A stretch of DNA of 20,000 nt from Malacoraja senta (Eukaryota), in NCBI GenBank assembly GCA_038087875.1, contig JAXLNO010000467.1:116855-136854 (forward strand), given 5' to 3'. Both the position numbers and the translations under genes were made by a program. Positions 1 through 10,064 of the stretch are shown here, piece by piece. How positions within the stretch are numbered: the first letter of the stretch is position 1; the number at the start of each line of letters is the position of its first letter. The notes under the pieces are model-generated. The model did no database searches. It was given only the letters and a program-made list of their open reading frames with translations, and was not told the DNA's origin.

Positions 1-499
1 TGTCCCCACACTAGCCCTCCCCAGCCACCAACCTCAGTGTGTGATGATCATAATAGTCAAAGGTGACTGTACTCAAAACTCAGATTACACCCCACCAAAA
101 ATAGTTGCTTAAGTGTCCCTTTGGCCAATCAGGCCCTGTACTAGCCCAGGATGTGCCCCTAAGGCTCATCAGGCCTTTACTAGCCCTCAGGCCTCAATGT
201 GTGATGATCATAATAATAATGTCAAGTGTTTGATTTGATGAATGTATTTTTATTTCATTGCAAGACCCACCCACTTTAATACAACTTGGCTCCAGTTTCA
301 GAGCAAAATTCTTTGTTTTCCACAGCAGCATCAGCAGCAGCAGGTGCCTGGTCCTATATCCTCCTTTATTGTTCACATCTGTAGAAAAGAAAAGAGGAAA
401 AAAGTCAACATTTGTCTCACTCTTGTATTTCCCCCGGTATGTACTCGCTCACCTCACCGCAGTGTTTCCCACAAAACAGTGGGAAAAACAGCAAAAATG

Positions 500-969
<470 letters not shown>

Positions 970-974
<5 letters not shown>

Positions 975-1575
975 GAGTCTAGAAGTTGGGAGGTCACGTT
1001 GCAGTTGTACGAGACGTTGGTGAGGTTGCGTTTAGAGTATTGCGTTCAGTTCTGAGCACCGTGTTACAGGAAAGATGTCATTGAGTTTGGAAAGGGCGCG
1101 GAGAAGATTTACAAGGATGTTGCCGGGACTCGAGGGGCCTGAGCTACAGGGAGAGGTTGGGGCAGGGCTGGGACTCTATTCCTTGGAGCGCAGGAGGATG
1201 AGGGGTGATCATATAGATGTGTACAAAATCACCAGAGGAATAGATCGGGTAGACACACAGAGTCTCTTGCCCAGAGTAGGGGAATCGAGGATCAGAGGAC
1301 ACGGGTTTAAGGTGAGAGAGGCGGTGGTGGGGAAATTTGAATAGGAACCTGAGGGGCAACTTTTCCACACAGAGGGTGGTGGGTGTATGGAACGAGCTGC
1401 CGGAGGAGGCAGCTGAGGCTGGGACTATAACAACACTTGGGCAGGTACATGGATAGGACAGGTTTGGAGGGATATGGGCCAAACGCGGGCAGCATGTGGG
1501 ACTAGTGTAGATGGGGCATGTAGGCCAGTGTGTCAAGTTGGGCCAAAGGGCCTGTTTCCACGCTGTATCACTCTG
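970..1575 (+). mobile_element. 5'-truncated CR1-clade (HER1-like) LINE, ORF2 C-terminus and 3' UTR
   Basis: Translates to LQLYETLVRLRLEYCVQF / RRFTRMLPGL / LGLYSLERRRMRGD, typical of the CR1 ORF2 C-terminus. Ends in the tail GGGCCAAAGGGCCTGTTTCCACGCTGTATC. Frameshifted. Confidence 0.92.
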
Positions 1576-1925
1576 TCTCTCTGTTTCTCTCTCGCTGTCC
1601 CTCTTTCTCTCTGCCTCTCTCTCTCTGTCTCTCTGTCTCTCTCTGTCTGCTAGAGGGGATTTGGGCGAACGTAGTCCCGATTCACACAATACCAACTGCG
1701 GGCTGGCAGGGGGGGAATGGGCCGAAGGGCCTGTTTTGGCCGGTCTGGGCTCCCCACATCCACGCCGTTGTCACGCAAGGTCGGCTTCGTGAGTTTGGGG
1801 TGGGGTTTGGGGAAATGGTTTGGAAATAAGACAGAAATCGGCCTGAATGGCTATATTAAGTGTGAATATATTGTGAATTATAAAATGCGGGGATCGGCCT
1901 GCAAGCGCCTGTGCTTGTTCCCCCT

Positions 1926-2382
1926 GCTGCATTAAAGGGCATGCATGCATCACTGGTTGCATTAAAGGGAATGCATGCATCACTGGCTGCATTAAAGGGA
2001 ATGCATGCATCACTGGCTGCATTAAATGGAATGCATGCATCACTTGCTGCATTAAAGGGAATGCATGCGTCACTGGCTGCAATAAAGGGAATGCATGCAT
2101 CACTGGCTGCATTAAAGGGAATGCATGCATCACTGGCTGCATTAAAGGGAATGCATGCATCATTGGCTGCATTAAAGGCAATGCATGCATCATTGGCTGC
2201 ATGAAAGGGAATGCATGCATCACTGGCTGCATTAAAGGCAATGCATGCATCACTGGCTGCATTAAAGGGAATGCATGCATCACTGGCTGCATAAAGGGAA
2301 TGCATGCATCACTAGCTGCATTAAAGGGAATGCATGCATCACTGGCTGCATTAAAGGGAATGCATGCATCACTGGCTGCATT
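1926..2382. repeat. 30-bp minisatellite, about 15 copies, unit GCTGCATTAAAGGGAATGCATGCATCACTG
   Basis: Directly visible tandem array with 0-2 differences per unit and one 1-bp deletion near 2292. Confidence 0.98.
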
Positions 2383-2533
2383 CCTGCCTCCCGCTGCATG
2401 GCAGCGCTTTTATCCTTACCTGCTCTTCACCAAAGATTATATAGCAGAGCAAGAAGCGCCACTCAGCGAAAAAAGGGTAGTATGCCATGGGTGGTTGTCG
2501 ACGCCATTTTACTGGCGTGCCTCGACTACAGTC

Positions 2534-2643
2534 ATGGCATCTACATCTAAATCTTCATCTCACTGCTCTGCTATCAATTGCTCTAATCGTCAATGTAAAC
2601 GACCCGACCTGTCATTCTTTAGGTTCCCCGATAAAAAAGAAAG
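2534..2643 (+). pseudogene. THAP-domain transposase exon 1 (MASTSKSSSHCSAINCSNRQCKRPDLSFFRFPDKKER)
   Basis: Kozak context gtcATGG. CxxxxC...SFFRFP is the THAP N-terminal motif. Donor AG|gtgaga at 2643/2644, phase 2. Confidence 0.88.
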
Positions 2644-2851
2644 GTGAGAAAATATATTATATTTGACATCTGTCGATTTTATTCTGAACTGAAAATGTTA
2701 TTTTCTGGTCTCCCATCATCGGTCATTGGGAAACTAGGTTTGTCGGTACATTAGAAAGTTATTAGAATTATTTTTAATAGATCTTTATTTACCAATAATA
2801 AAGTGAATAATTGTAACACTTCTGTACGTTTTTGGTTTTGTTCTTGTAAGG

Positions 2852-2876
2852 CAGGGGTCTCCAAAATATGGCCCGC
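2852..2876 (+). mobile_element. Isolated hAT (Charlie/Buster-like) terminus
   Basis: CAGGGGTCTCCAAAATATGGCCCGC resembles Charlie-type ends, preceded by TTGTAAGG (nnnTAnnn target pattern). No partner end found. Confidence 0.55.
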
Positions 2877-3024
2877 ATTATGGACACATTAGGCCCAGTG
2901 ACCACGAGATTTTTCGAGCTCAGATTCGAGTCCGGGAACGCGGCGGCTGTTACCCGTTATGTCCCTCGAATTGTCGAGACACCACAAGCAAAGATCACAA
3001 GCCCGCCGTGAAGAAGGGTGCAAT

Positions 3025-3061
3025 CAAAGATTATAAAACTCCACTCGCTCTACAATATTTG
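3025..3061. mobile_element. 37-bp P-like terminal relic with 8-bp TSD
   Basis: GGTGCAAT [CAAAGATTATAAAACTCCACTCGCTCTACAATATTTG] GGTGCAAC; TSD 7/8. Confidence 0.75.
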
Positions 3062-3110
3062 GGTGCAACGGTGGGGCGGGGGGTTCGGCGGCGGCGGCGG
3101 TGGTCGGAAT

Positions 3111-3146
3111 CAAAGATACTAGAGGAGCTCTGCTCTATAATCTTTG
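3111..3146. mobile_element. 36-bp P-like terminal relic with 8-bp TSD
   Basis: GTCGGAAT [CAAAGATACTAGAGGAGCTCTGCTCTATAATCTTTG] GCCGGAAT; TSD 7/8. Confidence 0.8.
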
Positions 3147-3189
3147 GCCGGAATGGGACGGCTGCGCCTTATAACGTGCCATCGTTCCA

Positions 3190-3639
3190 CTCTCCCTCTC
3201 CCCGTTCTCCCACTCCCCCTTCTCCCTCTCCCCTTCTCCCCTTCTCCCCCTTCTCCCTCTCCCCCTTCTCCCTCACCCCCTTCTCCCTCTCCCCTTCTCT
3301 CTCTTTCCCCTTCTCTCTCTTTCTCCTTCTCTCTCTCAGCGCTGGGACACCAACACGGAGCGGGCGATGCCTTGCCGGGTCGCCGCTCCGGAGTGCTGTG
3401 ACCGCCGACCACCAACATCGAGGGTCTGCGGTCTGCGGTCTGAGGGCGTCCCGCCGCGGGCGGGCGGCGCTGGATTGTAAACACCGCGGAGTCAGAATCG
3501 ATCTCTCTCTCTCCCCCTTCTCTCGATCTCTCTCTCCCCTCTCTTCTCTCGATCTCCCTCCCTCTCTCCCTCTCCGTTCTTTCCCTCCCTCCCTTTCCTC
3601 TCTCCCTCCCTTCCCTCTGTGTGAGAGTTGGCAGCCCTG
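3190..3639 (-). mobile_element. Fragment of the CAGGGCTGCCAAC TIR family with CT-rich tracts, in intron 1 of the THAP gene
   Basis: GAGTTGGCAGCCCTG at 3625-3639 is the reverse complement of the termini at 12462 and 13880. The inner boundary is uncertain. Confidence 0.55.
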
Positions 3640-3864
3640 CTATGCCTTAGGTCCAAAAGAGGATAGAAATAAAATATTTAATGGTCTTTGTAAGAAGTGT
3701 TTAATATTCTCTTCTACATTTAAGATAAATTGACATATTAGAGGCAAAATGCATCTTCAATATACAGGTCTCTCCACACAACTGAAAACAATTGCACTTA
3801 AGTGATACATCATCCATTCTGCAGGCATGTAGTTAATCCTAAATGATATGTTCTGTAATTTCAG

Positions 3865-4133
3865 ATGTCAACAGTTGGTCCAGAATACTCGTCGACAAGA
3901 TCTCCTGAACTGAACTCCGGAGTACTTGTCAGCCAACTGTTGTCTTTGTTCTTTACACTTTGACCTTGACCAGTTTTCCAACAAGCAGACCAAGAACAGG
4001 CTAAATTGGAATGCAGTTCCAACGCTCTTTGACATTCCTAACCCGCCAAAACGTCTGTCTTCCCAACGCAGGTTACTCAAGAGGAAGAATGAGAACCTCC
4101 CATCCTCACCAACGCCTTTAAAACAGCAAAGAG
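3865..4133 (+). pseudogene. THAP-domain transposase exon 2 (CQQLVQNTRRQDLLN*TPEYLSANCCLCSLHFDLDQFSNKQTKNRLNWNAVPTLFDIPNPPKRL...RRLLKRK...)
   Basis: Acceptor tttcag|A at 3864/3865 is phase-compatible with exon 1 (AG|A = Arg). CxxHF and the AVPTLF box complete the C2CH THAP. In-frame TGA at 3911-3913, and the conserved W reads L (TTG at 3875). Probable donor AG|gcaagt at 4133/4134. Confidence 0.88.
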
Positions 4134-4469
4134 GCAAGTAATTTTCTCATTTTTTAAATAAAATATATTCTCTCACTTTGGCTAAATATTAAAAAGTTAT
4201 ATCCAAACTGATATAATTGCCAATGGTCAATATGTAATGGCATGTATGGTACTTTTATTTTCATTTGTGAAATGTTCACAAAACTATAATCACACTTAAG
4301 ACTACACAGTGTGGGCTGATGGAATGCGTACTAGTATTTAATTAAAGTAAGAACATCCATTTAAAGCTTCCTCAAGCATAATTCATACAACATTTAAATT
4401 GATTTAATGTTTTTTAAATCTTCAAAAAATCAAGATCATGATTTTCTTCTTGTCTCAACATGGACCTGT

Positions 4470-4606
4470 ATAACTACAGAAGGACCTCTTTGCCACTATA
4501 CTCAAATCCTCTCGGCAGGAAACATGTTCCCGATATTCGGGGAGTCCAGATCCAGTTTAAGAATAAGGGGTAGAACATTTAGAATGGAGATGAGGAAAAA
4601 CTTTTT
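4470..4606. mobile_element. Short CR1/HER1-like LINE scraps (minus then plus)
   Basis: 4470-4512 matches the minus-strand LINE text at about 5175-5220. 4515-4606 encodes AGNMFPIFGESR..LRIRGRTFRMEMRKNF. Confidence 0.8.
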
Positions 4607-5418
4607 AGACAATACACAATAGGTGCAGGAGTAGGCCATTCGGCCCTTCGAGCGAGCACCGCCATTCAATGTGATCATGGCTGATCATCCCCAATCAGTA
4701 CCCCGTTCCTGCCTTCTCCCTATATCCCGACCGCTATTTTTAAGAGCACTATCTAGCTCTCTCTTGAAAGCATCCAGAGAACCTGCCTCCACCACCCTCT
4801 GAGGCAGAGAATTCCACAGACTCACCACTCTGTGAGAAAAAATGTTTCCTCGTCTCCGTTCTAAATGGCTTACTCCTTATGCTTAAACTGTGGCCCCTGG
4901 TTCTGGACTCCCCCAACATCGGGAACATGTTTCCTGCCTCTAGCGTGTCCAAGCCCTTAACAATCTTATATGTTTCAATGAGATGCCCTCTCATCCTTCT
5001 AAACTCCAGAGTACAAGCCCAGTTGCTCCATTCTCTCAGCATATGACAGTCCCGCCATCCCGGGAATTAACCTTGTAAACCTACGCTGCACTCACTCAAT
5101 AGCAAGAATGTCCTTCCTCAAATTAGGGGACCAAAACTGCACACAATACTCCAGGTGTGGTCTCACTAGGGCTCTGTACAACAGCAGAAGGACCTCTTTG
5201 CTCCTATATTCGATTCCTCTTGTTATAAAGGCCAACATGCCATTTGCTTTCTTCACTGCCTGCTGTACCTGCATACTTACTTTCATAGACTAATGTACAA
5301 GGACCCCCAGATCCCGTTGTACTTCCCCTTTTCCCAACTTGACGCCATTTAGATAGTAATCTGCCTTCCTGTTTTTGCTACCATAGTGGATAACCTCACA
5401 TTTATCCACATTAAACTT
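4607..5418 (-). mobile_element. CR1/HER1-like LINE 3' fragment
   Basis: Minus-strand ORFs with [34 protein letters not shown] and LEFRRMRGHLIETYKI. 3' tail at about 4607-4680. Confidence 0.93.
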
Positions 5419-5419
5419 A

Positions 5420-5640
5420 TCACACAGTGAATTGTGAATCTGGAATTCTCTGCCTCAGAAGGCAGTGGCGGCCGAGTCTCTGGATGCTCTCAAGAGAGAG
5501 TTAGATAAAACTCTTAAAGATAGCGGACTCAAGGGATATGGGGAGAAGGCAGGAATGGGGTACTGATTGTGGATGATCAGCCATGATCACATTGAATGGC
5601 TCGAAGGGCCGAATGGCCTACTCCTGCACCTATTGTCTAT
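5420..5640 (+). mobile_element. CR1/HER1-like LINE 3' end
   Basis: Ends GGCTCGAAGGGCCGAATGGCCTACTCCTGCACCTATTGTCTAT, the reverse complement of the tails at 4620, 6765 and 16785. Confidence 0.9.
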
Positions 5641-5707
5641 CCTCCGAGTTCGAAAGGGGAAAACTCGGGAGAACTCGTGAATTACCTCGTACAGTGGGAC
5701 AGGGGCT
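5641..5707 (-). mobile_element. PIF/Harbinger-like MITE terminus
   Basis: Minus strand reads TTA|AGCCCCTGTCCCACTGTACGAGG with repeated subterminal CGAGTT motifs. A TAA/TTA flank is typical of Harbinger. Single end only. Confidence 0.55.
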
Positions 5708-5710
5708 TAA

Positions 5711-6658
5711 TGTTACTTTTAATTCCTTCATCTAAATCATTAGATTCAATTTCTTTCAGTTCCTCCATCACCCTAGATCCTCTGTCCCCTAGTACTTCTG
5801 GAAGATTGTTTGTGTCTTCCTTAGTGAAGACAGAACCAAAGTACCTGTTCAACTCGTCTGCCAATTCCTTGTTCCCCATAATAAATTCACCTGTTTCTGC
5901 CTTCAAGGGACCCACATTTGTCTTAACTAATCTTTTCCTCTTCACATACCTAAATAAATTTTACTATCCTCCTTTATATTCTTGGCTAGCTTACAATCAT
6001 ACTTCATCTTTTCTTCCTGCATTGTCTTTTAAATTACCTTCTGTTGTTCCTTAAAAGTATCCCAATCCTGTTGCTTCCTGTTCATCTTTGCTATGTTATA
6101 CGTCTTCTCTTTTAGACTTCCCTTGTCAGCCACGGTCGCCTCTTACTCCCCTTAGAATCTTTCTTCCTCTTTGGAATGAAAGGATCCTGCATCTTCTGGA
6201 TTATTCCCAGAAATTCCTGCCATTGCTGTTGCACCGTCATCCCTGCTAGCATCCCTTTCCATTCAACTTTGGCCAGCTCCTCCCTCATGTCTCCATAGTC
6301 CCCTTTGTTCAACTGCAATAGTGACAGTTCTGATTTTATCTTCTCCCTCTCAAATTGCAGATTAAAACGTATCATATTATGGGTCACTACCTCCAAATGG
6401 TTCCTTTACCTTGAGTTCCATTATCAAATCCGGTTCATTCCATAACACTAAATCCAGAATTGCCTTCTCCTTGTCGGCTCCAGTACAAGCTGCTCTAAGA
6501 ATCCATCACGGAGGCACTCTACAAACTCCCTTTCTTGGGGTCCAGTACCAACCTGATTTTCCCAGTCCACCTGCATATTGAAATCTCCCATAACCACCGT
6601 AGCATTACTTTTGTTACATGCCAATTTTAACTCCTGATGCAACTTGCACCCTATAACC
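5711..6658 (-). mobile_element. CR1/HER1-like LINE ORF2 internal fragment (endonuclease end and linker), deleted and frameshifted
   Basis: VVMGDFNMQVDW...FVECLRDGFLEQLVLEPTR; RPWLTREV; ELNRYFGSVFTKED. Confidence 0.9.
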
Positions 6659-6760
6659 GGGCAAAGAGACAAGAGATTTAATAAAGTAGACCATACAGAA
6701 AAGTAAGTGCATGGTTTGTATCTAAACTGAACTTTATCAATTGCAAGACAAGGTTGACAA

Positions 6761-7140
6761 CAGACAATAGGTGCAGGAGTAGTCCATTTGGCCATTCAAG
6801 CCAACACTGCCATTCAATGTGATCATGGCTGATCATCCACAATCAGTACCCCGTTCCTGCCTTCTTCCCATATCCCCTGACTCCGCTATCTATAAGAGCT
6901 CTATCTAGCTCTCTCTATAAAGTTTCCAGAGAACCTGCCTCCACCGCCCTCTGAGACAGAGAATTCCACTGACTCACAACTCTCCGTAAAAAAAAGTGTT
7001 TCCTCATCTCCGTTCGAAATGGCTTACCCCTTATTCTTAAACTGTGGCCCCAGGTTCTGGACTCCCCCAACATCGGAAACGTGTTTCCTGCCTCCAGCGT
7101 GTCCAAACCGTCAATAATCTTATATGTTTTAATAAGATCT
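6761..7140 (-). mobile_element. CR1/HER1-like LINE 3' end
   Basis: AGNTFPMLGESRTWGHSLRIRGKPFRTEMRKHFF..WNSL plus the 3' tail. Confidence 0.92.
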
Positions 7141-9213
7141 CATAGAAATATAGAAAAATAGAAAATAGGTGCAGGAGGAGGCCATTCGGCCCTTCAAGCC
7201 AGCACCGCCATTCATTGTGATCATGGCTGATCGTCCCTTATCAATAACCCGTGCCTGCCTCCTCCCCTAGCCCCTAGAGCTCTATGTAGCTCTCTCTTAA
7301 ATGCATCGAGTGACGGCCTCCACTGCCCTCTGTGGCAGGGAATTCCATAAATTCACAACTCTCTGGGTGAAAAGGTTTTTTCTCACCTCAGTCTTAAATG
7401 ACCTCCCCTTTATTCTAAGATTGTGGCCCCTGGTTCTGGACTCGCCCAACATTGGGAACATTTTTCCTGCATCTAGCTTGTCCAGTCCTTTTATAATTTT
7501 ATCTGTTTCTATAAGATCGCCCCTCATCGTTCTAAACTCCAGTGAATACAAGCCTAGTCTTTACAATCTTTCCTCATATGACAGTCCCGCCATCCCAGGG
7601 ATCAATCTCGTGAACCTACGCTGCACTGCTTCAATCACAAGGATGTCCTTCCACAAATTAGGAGACCAAAACTGTACACAATACTCCAGATGTGGTCACA
7701 CCAGAGCCCCATACAACTTCAGAAGAACCTTTTTACTCCCATACTGAAATCTTCTTGTTATGAAGGCCAACATTTCATTAGCTTTCTTCACTGCCTGCTG
7801 TACCTGTAAGCCAACTTTCAGTGATCGGTGTACAAGGATGCCCAGGTCTCGCTGCACCCCCCCCCCTTACCTAACCTAACCCCATTGAGATAATAATCTT
7901 CCCCCTTGTTTTTGCCGCCAAAGTAGATAACCTCACATTTATCTATATTATACTGCATCTGCCACGCATCTGCCCACTCACTCAACCTGTCCAGGTCACC
8001 CTGCAACCTCCCAACATCCTCTTCACAGTTCACACTGCCACCCAGCTTTGTGTCATCCGCAAACTTACTAGTGTTGCTCCTAATTCCCTCTTCCAAATCA
8101 TTAATATATATGGTAAACAGTTGCGGCCCCAACACCGAGCCTTGCGGCACTCCACTCGCCACTGCCTGCCATTCTGAAAAGGACATACTCTTTGCTTCCG
8201 GTCTGCCAACCAATTTTCTATCCATGTCAAAGCCCTACCCACAATACCTTGTGCTCTAATTTTAGTCACCAGTCTCCCGTGCGGGACCTTATCAAAGGCT
8301 TTCTGAAAATCTAGATACACTACATCCACTGGCACCCCTTTATCCATTTTACTTGTCACATCCTCAAAAAATTCCAGAAGATCAGTCAAGCATGATTTCC
8401 CTTTCATAAATCCATGTTGGACTAATCCTTTTACTGCTATCCAAATGCCCCATTATTACCTCTTTAATAATTGACTCCAGCATCTTTCCCACCACCAAAG
8501 TCAGGCTAACTGCTCTGTAATTCCCCGTTTTCTCTCTCGCTCCTTTCTTGAAAAGTGGGATAACATTAGCTATCGTCCAATCCTGAATCTATTGAACATT
8601 GGAAAATGAGCACCAATGCGTCCACTATTTCTAGAGCCACCTCCCTGAGGACCCTGGGATGCAGACCATCAGGCCCAGGGGATTTATCATCCTTCAGTCC
8701 CATTAGCCTACCCAATACTATTTCTCGCCTAATGAAAATTTCTTTCAGTTCCTCTACCCCCTTAGATCCTCTGTCCTCCAGTACATCTGGGAGATTGTTT
8801 GTGTCTTCCTTAGTGAAGACAGATCCGAAGTACCTATTCAACTCTTCTGCCATTTCCTTGTTGCCCATAATAATTTCACCTGTGTTTGCCTTCAAGGGAC
8901 CCACATTTGACTTTTCTACTCTTTTTCCCTTAACATATCTAAAGAAGCTTTTACTGTCCTTCTTTATATTCCTGGCCAGCTCCCCTTCGTACTTCATCTT
9001 TTCAGCCCGTATTGCCCGTTTTGTTTCCTTCTGTTGTCCTATGAAAGTTTCCCAATCCTCTGGCTTCCGGCTACTCTTTGCTGTGTTATACATCTTTTCT
9101 TTTAGTTTTATTCTATCCCTAACTTGTCTTGTCAGCCACGGTTGCCTCCTACTCCCCTTAGAATCTTTCTCCCTTTTTGGAATGAAATGATCCTGCGTCT
9201 ACCGGATTATGCC
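7141..9213 (-). mobile_element. CR1/HER1-like LINE, about 2 kb with linker, RT and C-terminus, degenerate
   Basis: KSPGPDGLHPRVL, YLDFQKAFDKVPH, SGVPQGSVLGPQLFTIYINDL and FADDTKL in shifted frames. (TTTCTAT)-type tail at 7141-7167. Confidence 0.95.
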
Positions 9214-10064
9214 CAGATTACGCCCAGTGGAAGGCAGGAGGCAGAGAAGGGAAGCACTCGGACCCAAAATGTAGGGGAGAAAGAAGAAAAAGATAATAAA
9301 CAGAGAATAAGTGGTGGTGGGTTTCTTAAATGTGTATATTTTTTTGCTAGGAGCATTGTAAGAAAGGTGGATGAGCTTAGAGCCTGGATTGACACCTGGA
9401 AGTATGATGTTGTGGCGATCAGTGAAACATGGTTGCAGGAGGGCTGTGATTGGCAAATAAATATTCCAGGATTTCGTTGCTTCAGGGGTGATAGAATTGG
9501 AGGGGCAAGAGGTGGGGGTGTTGCATTGCTTGTCAAGGAAGATATTACAGCAGTGCTTTGGCAGGATAGATTAGAGGGCTCGTCTAGGGAGGCTATTTGG
9601 GTGGAACTGAGAAATGGGAAAGGTGTAGCAACACTTATAGGGGTGTATTATAGACCGCCAAATGGGGAGCGAGAATTGGAAGAGCAAATATGTAAGGAGA
9701 TAGCAGATATTATTAGTAAGCACAAGGTAGTGATTGTGGGAGATTTCAATTTTCCACACATAGACTGGGGAACACATTCTGTAAAAGGGCTGGATGGTTT
9801 GGAGTTTGTAAAATGTGTGCAAGATAGTTTTTTGCAGCAATACATAGAGGTACCTACTAGAGAAGGGGCAGTGCTGGACCTCCTGTTAGGAAATGAGACA
9901 GGGCAAGTGGCGGAGGTATGCGTCGGGGAGCACATCGGGTCCAGTGATCACAATACCATTAGTTTCAATATAATTATGGAGAGGGTCAGAACTGGACCTA
10001 GGGTTGAGATGTTTGTTTGGAGAAAGACTAACTTTGAGGAGATGCGAAAGGATTTAAAAGGAGT
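9214..10064 (+). mobile_element. CR1-clade LINE fragment: end of ORF1/spacer and APE endonuclease domain of ORF2
   Basis: Open frame with ISETWL, GGGVALLVK, YYRPP, GDFN, LDLLL and SDH motifs. The first motif reads YFFARS where CR1 has an Asn. Truncated at about 10064. Confidence 0.93.

Larger units (their letters stand above)
2431..4140 (+). mobile_element. 5' portion of a P-element-like DNA transposon (left terminus plus THAP exons); right end not found in the window
   Basis: CAAAGATTATATAGCAGAGC at 2431-2450 matches 19/20 the reverse complement of 3127-3146, which is flanked by an 8-bp duplication and so behaves as a TIR. An ATG lies 103 bp downstream and opens a THAP domain. CA..TG termini, an 8-bp TSD and an N-terminal THAP fit the P superfamily. 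Confidence 0.72.

Noticed and set aside
32..216. Direct repeat CCTCA(G/A)TGTGTGATGATCATAATA at 32 and 193, possible C/D snoRNA boxes
   Set aside because: TGATGA is present, but there is no convincing D box with a terminal stem; it looks like a small local duplication.
1926..2382. CRISPR-like array or repeat-protein gene
   Set aside because: The units are head-to-tail with no unique spacers, in a eukaryotic context. The ORFs arise because the 30-bp unit lacks stops in several frames.
2852..3639. Single TIR element bounded by CAGGG...CCCTG
   Set aside because: The ends share only about 5 terminal bases, belong to different TIR types, and have no TSD (TTGTAAGG vs CTATGCCT).
3008..3733. 241-aa ORF
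   Set aside because: Low-complexity CT tracts and repeat fragments within the intron; no domain motifs.
3911..3913. In-frame TGA as selenocysteine or programmed read-through
   Set aside because: The position is not a THAP Cys ligand, no SECIS is evident, CGA>TGA decay is simpler, and the conserved Trp is also mutated.
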